Made by a program: the position numbers and the translations under genes
In this document: piece by piece, positions 35,851 to 46,103 of the stretch
Numbering within the stretch: position 1 is the first letter of the stretch
Layout of the letters: the number at the start of each line of letters is the position of its first letter
Notes under the pieces: model-generated
The model's database searches: none
Seen by the model: the letters and a program-made list of their open reading frames with translations, nothing else
What the model was told of the DNA's origin: nothing
Assembly: GCA_964195965.1 (NCBI GenBank)
Contig: CAXMRF010000003.1
Span: 121 to 64,120 of the forward strand
Length of the DNA stretch: 64,000 bases
Reading direction: 5' to 3'
From: an uncultured Nitrosomonadaceae bacterium
Lineage (GTDB): Bacteria > Chloroflexota > Anaerolineae > Anaerolineales > UBA11858

Positions 35851-36632
35851 GCGATTTCTTAACTCCCCACTTAAAGGACCTTCCCTATTTCCGGGCCTTG
35901 CTGCGTGCGGTAGAGGCTCGTTTTTATGAGGATATTTCCTTGCCTTCCCCGGTCCTTGACCTGGGCTGTGGGGATGGCCATTTTGCATCTCTGACATTCG
36001 AAATGCCATTAGAGGTTGGGCTGGATCCCTGGTGGGGTCCCATTCAGGAGGCTGCAACTTACAAATCTTATCAGGACCTGGTCTGTGCAGCGGGGGATAA
36101 AATTCCGTATCCGAATAATTATTTTGCCAGCGCCATCAGTAATTCAGTCCTGGAGCATATCCCGGACCTTGATCCTGTAATCGCTGAAACCGCCCGGGTA
36201 TTAAAACCCGGGGCTCCATTTATCTTTTGTGTGCCCAATCATCGCTTCCTGGACACTTTATCAATTGCCAAAGGGCTGGATAAAATTAAACTTCGCGGAT
36301 TGGCCAATTTTTACCGAAGATTTTTTAATCGAATCTCCCGGCATTATAATTGTGATTCATATGATGTCTGGAAAATTAGATTAGAAAAGTATGGTTTTGA
36401 GATTGAACAGCACTGGGATTATTTTCCGCCCCGATCACTAATTGTGCTGGAATGGGGTCATTTTTTTGGCGTGCCGTCCTGGGTAAGTAAAATTCTCTTT
36501 AAACGCTGGATTATCGCGCCAACTTCCTGGAATTTATGGCTGACCAACCGACTGGTTAGGCCTCATTATGATAACAACCCGATCAGTCCGGTTGGTGTTT
36601 ACTCTTTTTATATAACAAAATGGGTTGGTTGA
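35847..36632 (+). CDS. class I SAM-dependent methyltransferase
   Basis: 261 aa. Motif I VLDLGCGDGHF; VLEHIPD; LKPGAPFIF. 4-bp overlap with the GT4 gene. Confidence 0.8.
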   Translation: MSDFLTPHLKDLPYFRALLRAVEARFYEDISLPSPVLDLGCGDGHFASLTFEMPLEVGLDPWWGPIQEAATYKSYQDLVCAAGDKIPYPNNYFASAISNSVLEHIPDLDPVIAETARVLKPGAPFIFCVPNHRFLDTLSIAKGLDKIKLRGLANFYRRFFNRISRHYNCDSYDVWKIRLEKYGFEIEQHWDYFPPRSLIVLEWGHFFGVPSWVSKILFKRWIIAPTSWNLWLTNRLVRPHYDNNPISPVGVYSFYITKWVG

Positions 36633-36658
36633 TTCGATTTGTCTGAGAGTATTTAATT

Positions 36659-38749
36659 ATGGAAGAACCTAGTGTCCTTGACTTTGTATTGGAAAAACTG
36701 ACTTTCTGGCGGAAAAGCACGTTGAGTATTCCTGCAGCTGAGGAAGAACCCACGCCAGAAATTCCGGAAGAGAGTAAAAGATGGATGAAAAGCGGTTTCT
36801 GGAAGAGAAACCTGGTTTTTCTGCCTGCTTTATTTGCTATTACCGCCCAAATTTTCAGTGAACCGGAAAACCGGTCCCTTGACCTGGTCTTGTTTTTCTA
36901 TACCGCCGCCGCTAGTAGTTTAATCCTTTTAATTGTCATTACCTATTGGAAGACTGATGCGTTAAAGCCAGATGAAGGGGAAGCAGGAGAATTCACCGTT
37001 CGATGGGTGCAGTTTCTGGTTGGCAGTTGTATTTCCATGCTGGCTTTTTTCTTTTTTACTGGCAACTTGTTTAATTCGATTAATGTCACTCTCTGGATCA
37101 TTGGATTCGGTTTAATTTGGTGGTCTGTCCGGGAACCCCTGGATTGGCTGGGAAAAGCGAAATCCTCCTGGAAGCGATTTGTTGCAGGTGGATTTCAAAT
37201 TTCACCCTGGACGATATTGGTTGGGGTCGTTTTTCTGGTGGCAGCATTTTACCGTTTTTATCTACTTAATCAGGTTCCACCGGAAATGTTCAGTGACCAT
37301 GCTGAAAAATTGATTGATGTTTCTAATGTCCTGCGGGGAGAATTTTATATATTCTTTCCCAGGAATACAGGACGGGAAGCGTTTCAGATGTATCTGACCG
37401 CAGCTATGGCAAAAGTATTCGGCACAGGAATTTCTTTCTTGAGCCTAAAATTGGGTACTTGTCTGATGGGTTTATTTTCGCTGCCTTTTATTTACCTGCT
37501 TGGTAAGGAAATAAAAAATAAAGAAGTTGGCTTGCTGGCTATGTTTTTCGCCGGGATTGCCTACTGGCCCAATGTGATTTCCAGGGTGGCATTAAGATTT
37601 GCACTTTATCCAGCGTTTTTTGCGCCGACTCTGTATTTCCTCGTACGTGGTATTAAAAGAAAACGTTGGAATGATTTTCTCCTTGCGGGACTTTTCCTGG
37701 GAATAGGTCTTCATGGATACAGCCCCTTTCGGATTGTGCCATTTGCAGTGATCATAATTTTGCTGATCTATTTTCTGCATACAAAGTCAAAAGAAAATCG
37801 CCGCATGGCTGTGATCGCTCTCTTGTTGGTAGGGTTAATTTCCCTGGTTGTCTTCCTCCCGCTTGGTCGATACGCAATGACTGACTATGAACTGTTTTCC
37901 TACCGGATGCAAACCAGGATGACAGGTATTGAACATGCTCTGCCGGGATCGGCCTTGAGTATTTTCCTCTCAAATTTATGGAAAGCGTTATTTATGTTCC
38001 AATGGGATAACGGTCAAATCTGGGTGCATTCCATAACCGGCAGACCTGCCCTGGACGTGGTTTCAGCAGCGATGTTTAGCCTGGGAGTGGTTTTGCTTGT
38101 GGTGCGTTATTTAAAAAAACGTCACTGGATGGACCTGGTTCTGCTTGTGTTAATCCCGCTATTAATGCTGCCGTCCATTCTATCGATTGCTTTCCCGGAT
38201 GAAAACCCGTCTCTGAATCGATCTGGAGGCGCAATCATTCCAGTCTTTATCATAATTGCCATTGCTGTAGAAAATCTATTTGTAAATCTTAAAACCCACC
38301 TGGATAAAAAGGGAGGGAAATGGATTTCCTGGGCTGTTATCCTGCTGCTTGCCGGAATTAGCATGCAAGCCAATGCTCGTCTGGTTTTTGTCGATTATTA
38401 TCAACAATTCAAATCACAGGCCTGGAATACTTCTGAGATAGGTGGAGTTATCCGTCAGTTTTCTGATACGATCGGGGACGAGGATCATGCCTGGGTTGTC
38501 CCATATCCACATTGGGTGGATACCCGCCTGGTTGGAATAAACGTGATTGGACGGGTGGAGGATTTTGCCCTCTGGCCATCTGATATCTCTTATACTACAG
38601 GGGCATCCGTTCCCAAGTTGTATATTTATAAACCGGAGGATGAAGAAACTTATCAAATCCTCCAGGAATTGTACCCGGATGGTATTAATGAGAGGTTTGA
38701 ATCCGAGGTTGATGGCAGAGATTTTATGCTTTATTATGTGCTCCAGTAA
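36659..38749 (+). CDS. GT-C-type polytopic membrane glycosyltransferase (PMT_2/ArnT-like, putative)
   Basis: 696 aa and more than 12 predicted TM helices. Acidic loop motif PPEMFSDHAEKLIDV after the first helices. Soluble C-terminal ~130 aa. Confidence 0.6.
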   Translation: MEEPSVLDFVLEKLTFWRKSTLSIPAAEEEPTPEIPEESKRWMKSGFWKRNLVFLPALFAITAQIFSEPENRSLDLVLFFYTAAASSLILLIVITYWKTDALKPDEGEAGEFTVRWVQFLVGSCISMLAFFFFTGNLFNSINVTLWIIGFGLIWWSVREPLDWLGKAKSSWKRFVAGGFQISPWTILVGVVFLVAAFYRFYLLNQVPPEMFSDHAEKLIDVSNVLRGEFYIFFPRNTGREAFQMYLTAAMAKVFGTGISFLSLKLGTCLMGLFSLPFIYLLGKEIKNKEVGLLAMFFAGIAYWPNVISRVALRFALYPAFFAPTLYFLVRGIKRKRWNDFLLAGLFLGIGLHGYSPFRIVPFAVIIILLIYFLHTKSKENRRMAVIALLLVGLISLVVFLPLGRYAMTDYELFSYRMQTRMTGIEHALPGSALSIFLSNLWKALFMFQWDNGQIWVHSITGRPALDVVSAAMFSLGVVLLVVRYLKKRHWMDLVLLVLIPLLMLPSILSIAFPDENPSLNRSGGAIIPVFIIIAIAVENLFVNLKTHLDKKGGKWISWAVILLLAGISMQANARLVFVDYYQQFKSQAWNTSEIGGVIRQFSDTIGDEDHAWVVPYPHWVDTRLVGINVIGRVEDFALWPSDISYTTGASVPKLYIYKPEDEETYQILQELYPDGINERFESEVDGRDFMLYYVLQ

Positions 38750-38768
38750 ACCGCCGGAATAAATTTTT

Positions 38769-41700
38769 ATGGAAATAAAAACAACTCCTGACTTGAAACG
38801 ATGGCTGACCGCCCTGTTATTGATTTTAATTGTGGCTGCCGGCGCTTATTTGCGTTTTATTGGCCTTGATTGGGATAATGAGCAGCACCTTCATCCTGAT
38901 GAACGCTTTTTAACCATGGTGGAATCCAGCCTTCTGCCAGTAGACTCACTTGATGCTTATTTCGATACTAATCAATCTACCCTGAATCCCAATAACCAGG
39001 GATTTGGGTTTTATGTGTATGGCACACTGCCAATATTTATGGTCAGGTACCTGGCAGAATGGATCGGCACTACGGGTTATGGAAGCATTTACCTTGTGGG
39101 GCGTGCTCTTTCAGCCACGATGGATTTGCTCTCAGTTGTCCTGGTATTTTTTATAGGCACCCGATTATATGGCAGACGTGTGGGGATCATTGCCGCTGCT
39201 TTTTCTGCGCTGGCTGTACTTCAAATCCAGCAATCCCATTTTTTCACAGTGGATACCTTTGCCACTTTTTTCACCTTGTTGGCAGTCTATTTTTCGGTTG
39301 AAGTGATAACGGCAAATAATGAGCGTATTGACCTGGTCTCTTATCTGTTTTTTGGCCTCGCGCTCGGGATGGCTGTTGCTTCCAAAATCAATACAGCGCC
39401 GGTTGCTATAACCCTGCCCCTGGCTGCCTTGGTCCAATGGCTGGCTTTAGATGAAGAGAAGAAGACCAAACTGGCGCCCAAAATTTTCTTATATCTGGTA
39501 CTGGCTGCGTTTGTCAGCCTGATTACATTCCGAATTTGCCAACCTTATGCCTTTAATGGCCCCGGGTTCTTTAATATAGGGCTGAATGAAAATTGGGTTA
39601 ACGGATTAAGATCTCTTCAGGCTCAAACTTCCGGTGATGTTGACTTTCCCCCTGCTCTTCAATGGGCCAGACGGCCGATTTGGTTCTCTCTCCAAAATAT
39701 GGTGGTGTGGGGTTTAGGGATTCCATTTGGTATTCTCGCCTGGTCTGGTTTTGCGTGGATGGGATGGAAATTATTTACAACCCGATCCTGGAAACCTAAC
39801 CTGGTTGTGTGGGTTTGGACTGGTTTCTACTTTGTCTGGCAATCCATGCAGTGGAACAGCACGATGCGTTACCAGCTCCCCATTTATCCTTTGATGGCTG
39901 TGTTTGCAGGATGGATGCTTGTTGAGATCTGGAAGGGCTTGAAAAATACCGCTGATCAGTCAAATACTTACCGAAAATCTTTCCGTATTCTGGCAATTGT
40001 TGTTGGTGTGATTTCTATATTGTTTACAGCGGGTTGGGCTTATGCATTTTCCCGGATTTATACCACACCACATCCCCGGGTAGCGGCCACGAGTTGGATA
40101 TTTGAACATATACCGGGTCCCGCTACCTTGTATGTAGATGACGAAGAAGGAACCCATCAACAATTGATATCGTATCCACAGGGGATGGTCATCCAGGGAG
40201 AATCCCGCTGGCTGGCAAGTTTTGAATCAAAATTTAATGGGCAGCTATCGTCTATTTATTTTCCCAGTATCATCAATCAGAATCCTTCTTTATCGCCCTT
40301 GACGCTGGAAGTCTCGTTTAATGATTCGTCAGGCCAGGTTTTGGCCACAAACCAAGGGTTGTTTTCATTCTCGGAAGGAATTTCTTCTGGCGAAATAAAA
40401 TTCAACACACCTGTATCTGTATCGGCAGGGGAGGTTTACCAGGTGCAAGTTGGGGTGCTGGATCCGATGGGCGCTATTACACTGCAGGGAACCGGGATAG
40501 CCAATGAAAGTTCCTGGGATGATGGATTGCCTTTGCGCATGGAAGGGTATGATCCCTTTGGCGGTATTTACCAGGGCGGATTAAATTTTGAATTGTACTG
40601 GGATGATAATCCAGAAAAATTGGACCGTTTTCTGTCCACGATGAACCAGGCAGATTACATCTTAATCACTTCCAGCCGGCAGTGGGCAACTACCACCCGG
40701 GTTCCAGAAAGATATCCATTAACGACGGAATATTACCGTCAATTAATGGGTTGCCCGCTGGAGATCACGATTGAATCCTGTTATAACAAGGCTCTTCCTG
40801 GTTTTTACCAGGGGAAGTTGGGGTTTGAATTGATAGAAACTTTCCAATCCAACCCTTCTCTGGGATTCATAGAGATAAATGATCAGCCTGCCGAAGAAGC
40901 CTATACGGTTTATGATCATCCTAAGGTTTTCGTCTTTAAAAAGTCCGCAGATTTTTCTCTGAAAAAAACCGCTGGAATATTATCTGCGGTAGATCTTTCC
41001 AAGGTGATTCATATTACACCGAAACAAGCTGACAGCCATCCCGGTGATTTGCTATTGCCTCCAGACCGCCTGGTTGCCCAGCGGGAAGGTGGGACCTGGG
41101 GGGAACTCTTTGATTTTGATGGTCTCCAGAATCGGAACCAGTTTGTGGGAGCTATTTTCTGGTATGTGGCTGTGTTCCTGCTGGGTATTATGGTTTACCC
41201 CCTGATGCGGCTGGTATTAAATGGCCTGACAGATTCAGGATATCCATTGGCTCGAACTTTTGGACTGCTGTTGTTATCTTACTTGGTCTGGCTGGCTGGA
41301 TCTGCAGGGTTGCCTTTCTTGAGGATCACGATATTTTGTTTCTTGATTCTAATGGCCGGAGTTGGTATTTATGCCGGATATCGGCAGCGCGAATCGCTGC
41401 TCCAGGAATGGCGGGAAGCCAAACGCTATTTTATATATATTGAGATCCTGGCCCTGGCATTATTTATCGGGGCTTTGTTAATCCGGTTTGGGAATCCTGA
41501 TTTATGGCATCCCTGGAAGGGCGGGGAGAGACCGATGGATTTCTCCTACTTTAATGCCGTCCTTAAGAGCACAACTTTCCCGCCTTATGATCCCTGGTTT
41601 GCCGGTGGATATATCAATTATTACTATTACGGATTTGTATTTGTTGGTGTCTTGACCAAGCTGTTGGGGATTGTCCCATCCTTCGCCTACAACTTAATCC

Positions 41701-43574
41701 TGCCGACTATTTTTATGATGCTTGGCTTGGGGGCTTTTTCAATTGCCTGGAATTTACTCAATGGAAAAATGGCTGAAACCAAATTACATGATTTGCCTTA
41801 TCTGGCGGGGGGAAGCAGTGTTTTGGGGTTGGCTATTTTTGGCAATCTGGGTGTGCTCCGGATGGTTTTCCAAGGTATTCAACGATTGGCATCTGCAGGC
41901 ATGAATGTTTTGGAAGGAAGTTTTATCCAGCGTCTCAAATGGACCCTGGTGGGGTTTGTTCAACTCTTTAAGACAAAATCCCTTCATTACCGACTGGATG
42001 AATGGTATTGGAATCCCAGCCGGGTGATTGGTGGTGAACATGGCGGTCCTATTACAGAGTTTCCTTTCTTTACCTTCCTGTATGGGGATCCCCATGCTCA
42101 TTTTATAGCTTTACCGCTTACTCTCCTGGCTTTGGCCTGGATATTATCTGTTATCAAATCGACCCGGAATCCAGCGGGTTCCCAAACGCGCATTGTCAAT
42201 CTGTTCGGCCTGCCTTTGTTTGGCGCTTTAGCAGTGGGTGTCTTGCGTCCTACCAATACCTGGGATTTTTACCCTTATCTTGCCCTGGGCGCTGTTGCGC
42301 TGCTATATGCCTGGTGGCAGGAAAGCAAACGCTCAGATTATGCCTGGTACCGACCAGCACTCCGATTTATATTGTTCTTGTTTTTTGCATTTATTACTTT
42401 CCAACCCTATGCAAACTGGTATGGTGAGGGCTACACCAGCATAAAACCATGGTTTGGATCCCACACACCTATTAATGATTACCTCACTCATTGGGGATTC
42501 TTCCTGCTGATTATTATTTCCTGGATGATTGCCGAAACCATTGACTGGATGGCTACTACACCAGTTTCTGCGCTTCGAAAATTAACAAAGTACAGGGAAT
42601 TGATTATTGCTGCCTTGTTAATCTTGCTGGTGGTCACGATAAGTTTTGGTGTTACCCTGGAAAACAAAGTGTCCCTGAGAGGGTTTACTATTCTGGGCGG
42701 CGGCGTTCATATCATCTGGCTGGTGCTCCCCATGATGGCCTGGGCATTGGTCCTGCTGCTGAGACCAGGCCAGGAATTGATGAAGGGTTTTGTTTTATTC
42801 CTGGTTGGGACGGGTTTTGCGATTACCCTGATGGTCGAATTGGTTTATGTTGAGGGGGATATCGGGCGGATGAACACGGTATTTAAGTTCTACCTGCAGG
42901 CCTGGACTTTGTTTGCCGTCAGTGCTGCCGCTGCTTTATGCTGGCTGTTTGCTTCTCTCCGAAAATGGAATTCCCCGCTTCGAATAATCTGGCAAATATT
43001 CTTTGCAGTTTTACTGACCAGTGCAGCTTTGTATCCTTTGCTGGGTGGAGTAGCAAAAATCAAAGATCGAATGGTAATGGATGCTCCCCTGACCCTGGAC
43101 GGCATGACTTTTATGAAGTATGCCACTTACCACGATCTGGATACAGCCCTGGATCTTTCCCAGGACTATGATGCCATTCGGTGGATGCAGGATAATATTC
43201 AAGGCTCTCCGGTCATTGTAGAGGCCAACCAGGTTGAATATCATTGGGCCACAAGGTACACTGTATATACAGGACTGCCTGGTGTGGTTGGCTGGAATTG
43301 GCATCAACGCCAACAACGAACCCTGACTCCCCATGACTGGGTGTATTCCCGGGTTGACGATGTAAATTTCTTTTACGATACAACGGATTTAAAATTGGCC
43401 AGAGAATTTTTGGTGGAATACCAGGTGAGTTATATTATTGTTGGACAATTGGAACGGGCTAAGTACCTTCCTGAAGGGATTAATAAATTTAACCAGGGTG
43501 AAGGCAGCCTCTGGCAGGTGGTTTATCAGGATCAAGAGACCACAATTTATCAAACACTCACACTGATTGAATAA
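38769..43574 (+). CDS. giant membrane protein: N-terminal GT-C-like module + soluble domain + C-terminal Chlor_Arch_YYY/DUF2298 module
   Basis: 1601 aa. Residues 1-430 are multi-TM with the loop motif HLHPDERFLTMV. Residues ~431-789 are hydrophilic. Residues ~790-1601 align along their length with the next ORF and contain GGYINYYYYGF. Confidence 0.75.
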   Translation: MEIKTTPDLKRWLTALLLILIVAAGAYLRFIGLDWDNEQHLHPDERFLTMVESSLLPVDSLDAYFDTNQSTLNPNNQGFGFYVYGTLPIFMVRYLAEWIGTTGYGSIYLVGRALSATMDLLSVVLVFFIGTRLYGRRVGIIAAAFSALAVLQIQQSHFFTVDTFATFFTLLAVYFSVEVITANNERIDLVSYLFFGLALGMAVASKINTAPVAITLPLAALVQWLALDEEKKTKLAPKIFLYLVLAAFVSLITFRICQPYAFNGPGFFNIGLNENWVNGLRSLQAQTSGDVDFPPALQWARRPIWFSLQNMVVWGLGIPFGILAWSGFAWMGWKLFTTRSWKPNLVVWVWTGFYFVWQSMQWNSTMRYQLPIYPLMAVFAGWMLVEIWKGLKNTADQSNTYRKSFRILAIVVGVISILFTAGWAYAFSRIYTTPHPRVAATSWIFEHIPGPATLYVDDEEGTHQQLISYPQGMVIQGESRWLASFESKFNGQLSSIYFPSIINQNPSLSPLTLEVSFNDSSGQVLATNQGLFSFSEGISSGEIKFNTPVSVSAGEVYQVQVGVLDPMGAITLQGTGIANESSWDDGLPLRMEGYDPFGGIYQGGLNFELYWDDNPEKLDRFLSTMNQADYILITSSRQWATTTRVPERYPLTTEYYRQLMGCPLEITIESCYNKALPGFYQGKLGFELIETFQSNPSLGFIEINDQPAEEAYTVYDHPKVFVFKKSADFSLKKTAGILSAVDLSKVIHITPKQADSHPGDLLLPPDRLVAQREGGTWGELFDFDGLQNRNQFVGAIFWYVAVFLLGIMVYPLMRLVLNGLTDSGYPLARTFGLLLLSYLVWLAGSAGLPFLRITIFCFLILMAGVGIYAGYRQRESLLQEWREAKRYFIYIEILALALFIGALLIRFGNPDLWHPWKGGERPMDFSYFNAVLKSTTFPPYDPWFAGGYINYYYYGFVFVGVLTKLLGIVPSFAYNLILPTIFMMLGLGAFSIAWNLLNGKMAETKLHDLPYLAGGSSVLGLAIFGNLGVLRMVFQGIQRLASAGMNVLEGSFIQRLKWTLVGFVQLFKTKSLHYRLDEWYWNPSRVIGGEHGGPITEFPFFTFLYGDPHAHFIALPLTLLALAWILSVIKSTRNPAGSQTRIVNLFGLPLFGALAVGVLRPTNTWDFYPYLALGAVALLYAWWQESKRSDYAWYRPALRFILFLFFAFITFQPYANWYGEGYTSIKPWFGSHTPINDYLTHWGFFLLIIISWMIAETIDWMATTPVSALRKLTKYRELIIAALLILLVVTISFGVTLENKVSLRGFTILGGGVHIIWLVLPMMAWALVLLLRPGQELMKGFVLFLVGTGFAITLMVELVYVEGDIGRMNTVFKFYLQAWTLFAVSAAAALCWLFASLRKWNSPLRIIWQIFFAVLLTSAALYPLLGGVAKIKDRMVMDAPLTLDGMTFMKYATYHDLDTALDLSQDYDAIRWMQDNIQGSPVIVEANQVEYHWATRYTVYTGLPGVVGWNWHQRQQRTLTPHDWVYSRVDDVNFFYDTTDLKLAREFLVEYQVSYIIVGQLERAKYLPEGINKFNQGEGSLWQVVYQDQETTIYQTLTLIE

Positions 43575-43589
43575 CAAATCGGGAAGTTT

Positions 43590-46058
43590 ATGCTAGATTT
43601 TATAACCTGGTATGTGATTGTTACTGTGCTGGGCTGGATAAGTTTCCCGCTTATCTTCCATCTGCTTCGTGATCTGCCCGGCAAGGGTTTCACATTCTCA
43701 AAAATCTTTGGGTTGCTGCTTTGGGGTTATCTGTACTGGATCCTCGGGCGATTGGGATTTACCGCAAATAATCTGGCAGGTTTGGTTTTTGCTCTGTTTA
43801 TAGTTGCTGGAGCTAGCCTTAGCATACTCCGAAAAAAAGGATTATCAGAATTAAAGTTATGGATTCAGTCCCACTTTTCTTTAATAATGACCACGGAAAT
43901 ATTATTCCTGCTGTCATTTGCATCATGGGCGCTGATTCGTTCCTTAAATCCTGAAATCCTTGGAACGGAAAAACCTATGGAGCTGGCTTTTATTAATGCC
44001 ATCCTCCAATCCGAAACTTTGCCGCCCAACGATCCCTGGTTGTCCGGCTACGCAATTTCCTATTATTACTTTGGTTATATACTGGTGGCCATGCTGGCAA
44101 AATTGGCTGGCACATTAGGTAGTGTCGCATTTAACCTGGGTGTGTCATTGACTTTTGCCTTGGCTGCTGTGGGTTCATTTGGGGTTTTATTTAACCTGCT
44201 TGCCCTCAGAAAATCAAAATGGCAAACACAATTAATGCCAGCTTTGATGGCCCCATTTTTTACTTTGATTCTAAGCAATTGGGAGGGTTTTTTACATTAT
44301 CTTCACTCCCGGGGATTGTTTTGGCGCGAATTGCCCGGCCAAACCAGTTCTCCTTTCTGGTCTTGGCTGGATATTCAGAATTTGGTGAATCCTCCCGGAG
44401 GAGATTCATTTGGTCATTGGTGGTGGTGGCGTGCATCCCGGGTGATCCAGGACTATGATTTTTCTGGGTTTGGCAAGGAAGTTATTAGCGAATTTCCCTT
44501 TTTCTCGTTTTTGTTGGCAGACTTGCATCCCCACGTATTGTCTATCCCCTATGTGTTTTTAATCCTGGGATTCGCTTTAGCGCTTTATTTGCGCCCGAAA
44601 GAGAATTCTTTCCGCTGGTTGAAACTTGTCCCAATTGATATTTCACCACTTTTTTTCCTGGTCCTGGCCTGGTTATCTGGGGGAATGGCTTTTCTGAATA
44701 CCTGGAATTTTCCGATGTACGTTGGGATCCTGGCAGGGGCTTACGCGCTGCGCAATCATCAAGATCGGGATAGTTGGGAAGCAGGAGAACTGATCAAGGA
44801 TTTCCTGTTCCTGGGTGTTACTCTGGGTGTTACCGGGGGCGTTCTTTACCTGCCCTGGTATCTTGGATTTGCCTCTCAGGCTGGAGGTATAATTCCCAAC
44901 GTTTTATACGTTACCAGGGGATCCCAGTTCTGGGTCATGTTTGGACCGCTGTTGATCCCCATCTTTGCCTGGTTGATAATCACCTGGCTAAAACACAAAA
45001 ATGATCGGGATATAGTTTCTGGATTTTCCCTGACTGGCATTCTGTTTCTGGGTTTGTTTCTTTTAATGCTGATAATAGTTGGATTGATGGCCTGGCTTCC
45101 CATCGAATCTGATGGTAATCCATTGGTTCAGATTTTCCTTGGATCAGTGGGGGGATCAGACCTTTCCCAGGTAATGGCAGAGGGTTTGTTGCGCAGGATT
45201 ACCGTACCGGGAACATTAATTACTTTAGTGATTCTCTCCACGCTGGGCTGGGGTTTGGTTTTTTACCGGAAGGACAATAAAGAGAATATTGATCGGCATC
45301 GCTCTGAAGAGGGTTTCATATTGCTGCTGATTTTGAGCGGTATGGCGTTGACGGTATTTCCGGAATTCTTATTCTTAAGAGACCTGTTTGGCTATCGGAT
45401 AAACACAATATTTAAGTTTTACTATCAGGCCTGGCTGCTCTGGAGCATTGCTGCTGCTTATGGTACGGTTGTTTTGTTCCAATCCTTAAAATCACCTGTT
45501 CGCTACCTGGTTTATTTCGGATTGGCAGGATCATTAATTATGGGATTGTTTTATCCAATCATGGGTATTCAATCTAAGACCAATAATTTTACAAGGGATG
45601 CAGGATTGTCCCTGGACGGCGCTTATCTTTACCCATCATCTGATTATGAAGGGGTGGAATGGCTTCGAACTGCTTCGCCAGGTGTGATCGCGGAAGCAGT
45701 AGGCGGCAGTTATTCATCAGCCCATGCTCGATTGGCAACTTACACAGGCAATCCTACCATTTTGGGATGGGATTTTCATGAAATTCAATGGAGGGGCGGA
45801 GCTGAGCTGGTTATGCCCAGAAAAGAAGATGTAGCAACTATCTACTGTACTCACCAGTGGGACAATGCCTGGCTGCTGCTTGAGAAATATAACGTTCGCT
45901 ATCTGGCGGTGGGTGATGTGGAATATACTACTTATATAGCTGGCAGTGACTACTGCCCAAACGGCATTAATGTGGAAAAATTTAACCTTCATATGCAGCC
46001 GGTTTTTCAGAATGAGAGGTTGATAATATACAAGGTGCCGGCTTCCCGGACGGATTAG
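43590..46058 (+). CDS. Chlor_Arch_YYY / DUF2298 family polytopic membrane protein
   Basis: 822 aa. EKPMELAFINAIL...PPNDPWLSGYAISYYYFGY (YYYxG motif). ISEFPFFSFLLADLHPH. NTIFKFYYQAW. Confidence 0.75.
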   Translation: MLDFITWYVIVTVLGWISFPLIFHLLRDLPGKGFTFSKIFGLLLWGYLYWILGRLGFTANNLAGLVFALFIVAGASLSILRKKGLSELKLWIQSHFSLIMTTEILFLLSFASWALIRSLNPEILGTEKPMELAFINAILQSETLPPNDPWLSGYAISYYYFGYILVAMLAKLAGTLGSVAFNLGVSLTFALAAVGSFGVLFNLLALRKSKWQTQLMPALMAPFFTLILSNWEGFLHYLHSRGLFWRELPGQTSSPFWSWLDIQNLVNPPGGDSFGHWWWWRASRVIQDYDFSGFGKEVISEFPFFSFLLADLHPHVLSIPYVFLILGFALALYLRPKENSFRWLKLVPIDISPLFFLVLAWLSGGMAFLNTWNFPMYVGILAGAYALRNHQDRDSWEAGELIKDFLFLGVTLGVTGGVLYLPWYLGFASQAGGIIPNVLYVTRGSQFWVMFGPLLIPIFAWLIITWLKHKNDRDIVSGFSLTGILFLGLFLLMLIIVGLMAWLPIESDGNPLVQIFLGSVGGSDLSQVMAEGLLRRITVPGTLITLVILSTLGWGLVFYRKDNKENIDRHRSEEGFILLLILSGMALTVFPEFLFLRDLFGYRINTIFKFYYQAWLLWSIAAAYGTVVLFQSLKSPVRYLVYFGLAGSLIMGLFYPIMGIQSKTNNFTRDAGLSLDGAYLYPSSDYEGVEWLRTASPGVIAEAVGGSYSSAHARLATYTGNPTILGWDFHEIQWRGGAELVMPRKEDVATIYCTHQWDNAWLLLEKYNVRYLAVGDVEYTTYIAGSDYCPNGINVEKFNLHMQPVFQNERLIIYKVPASRTD

Positions 46059-46103
46059 TAGATTTTTGGAATTCGTTTTGTTAGCGGACTGGATGAAACA
46101 CGT

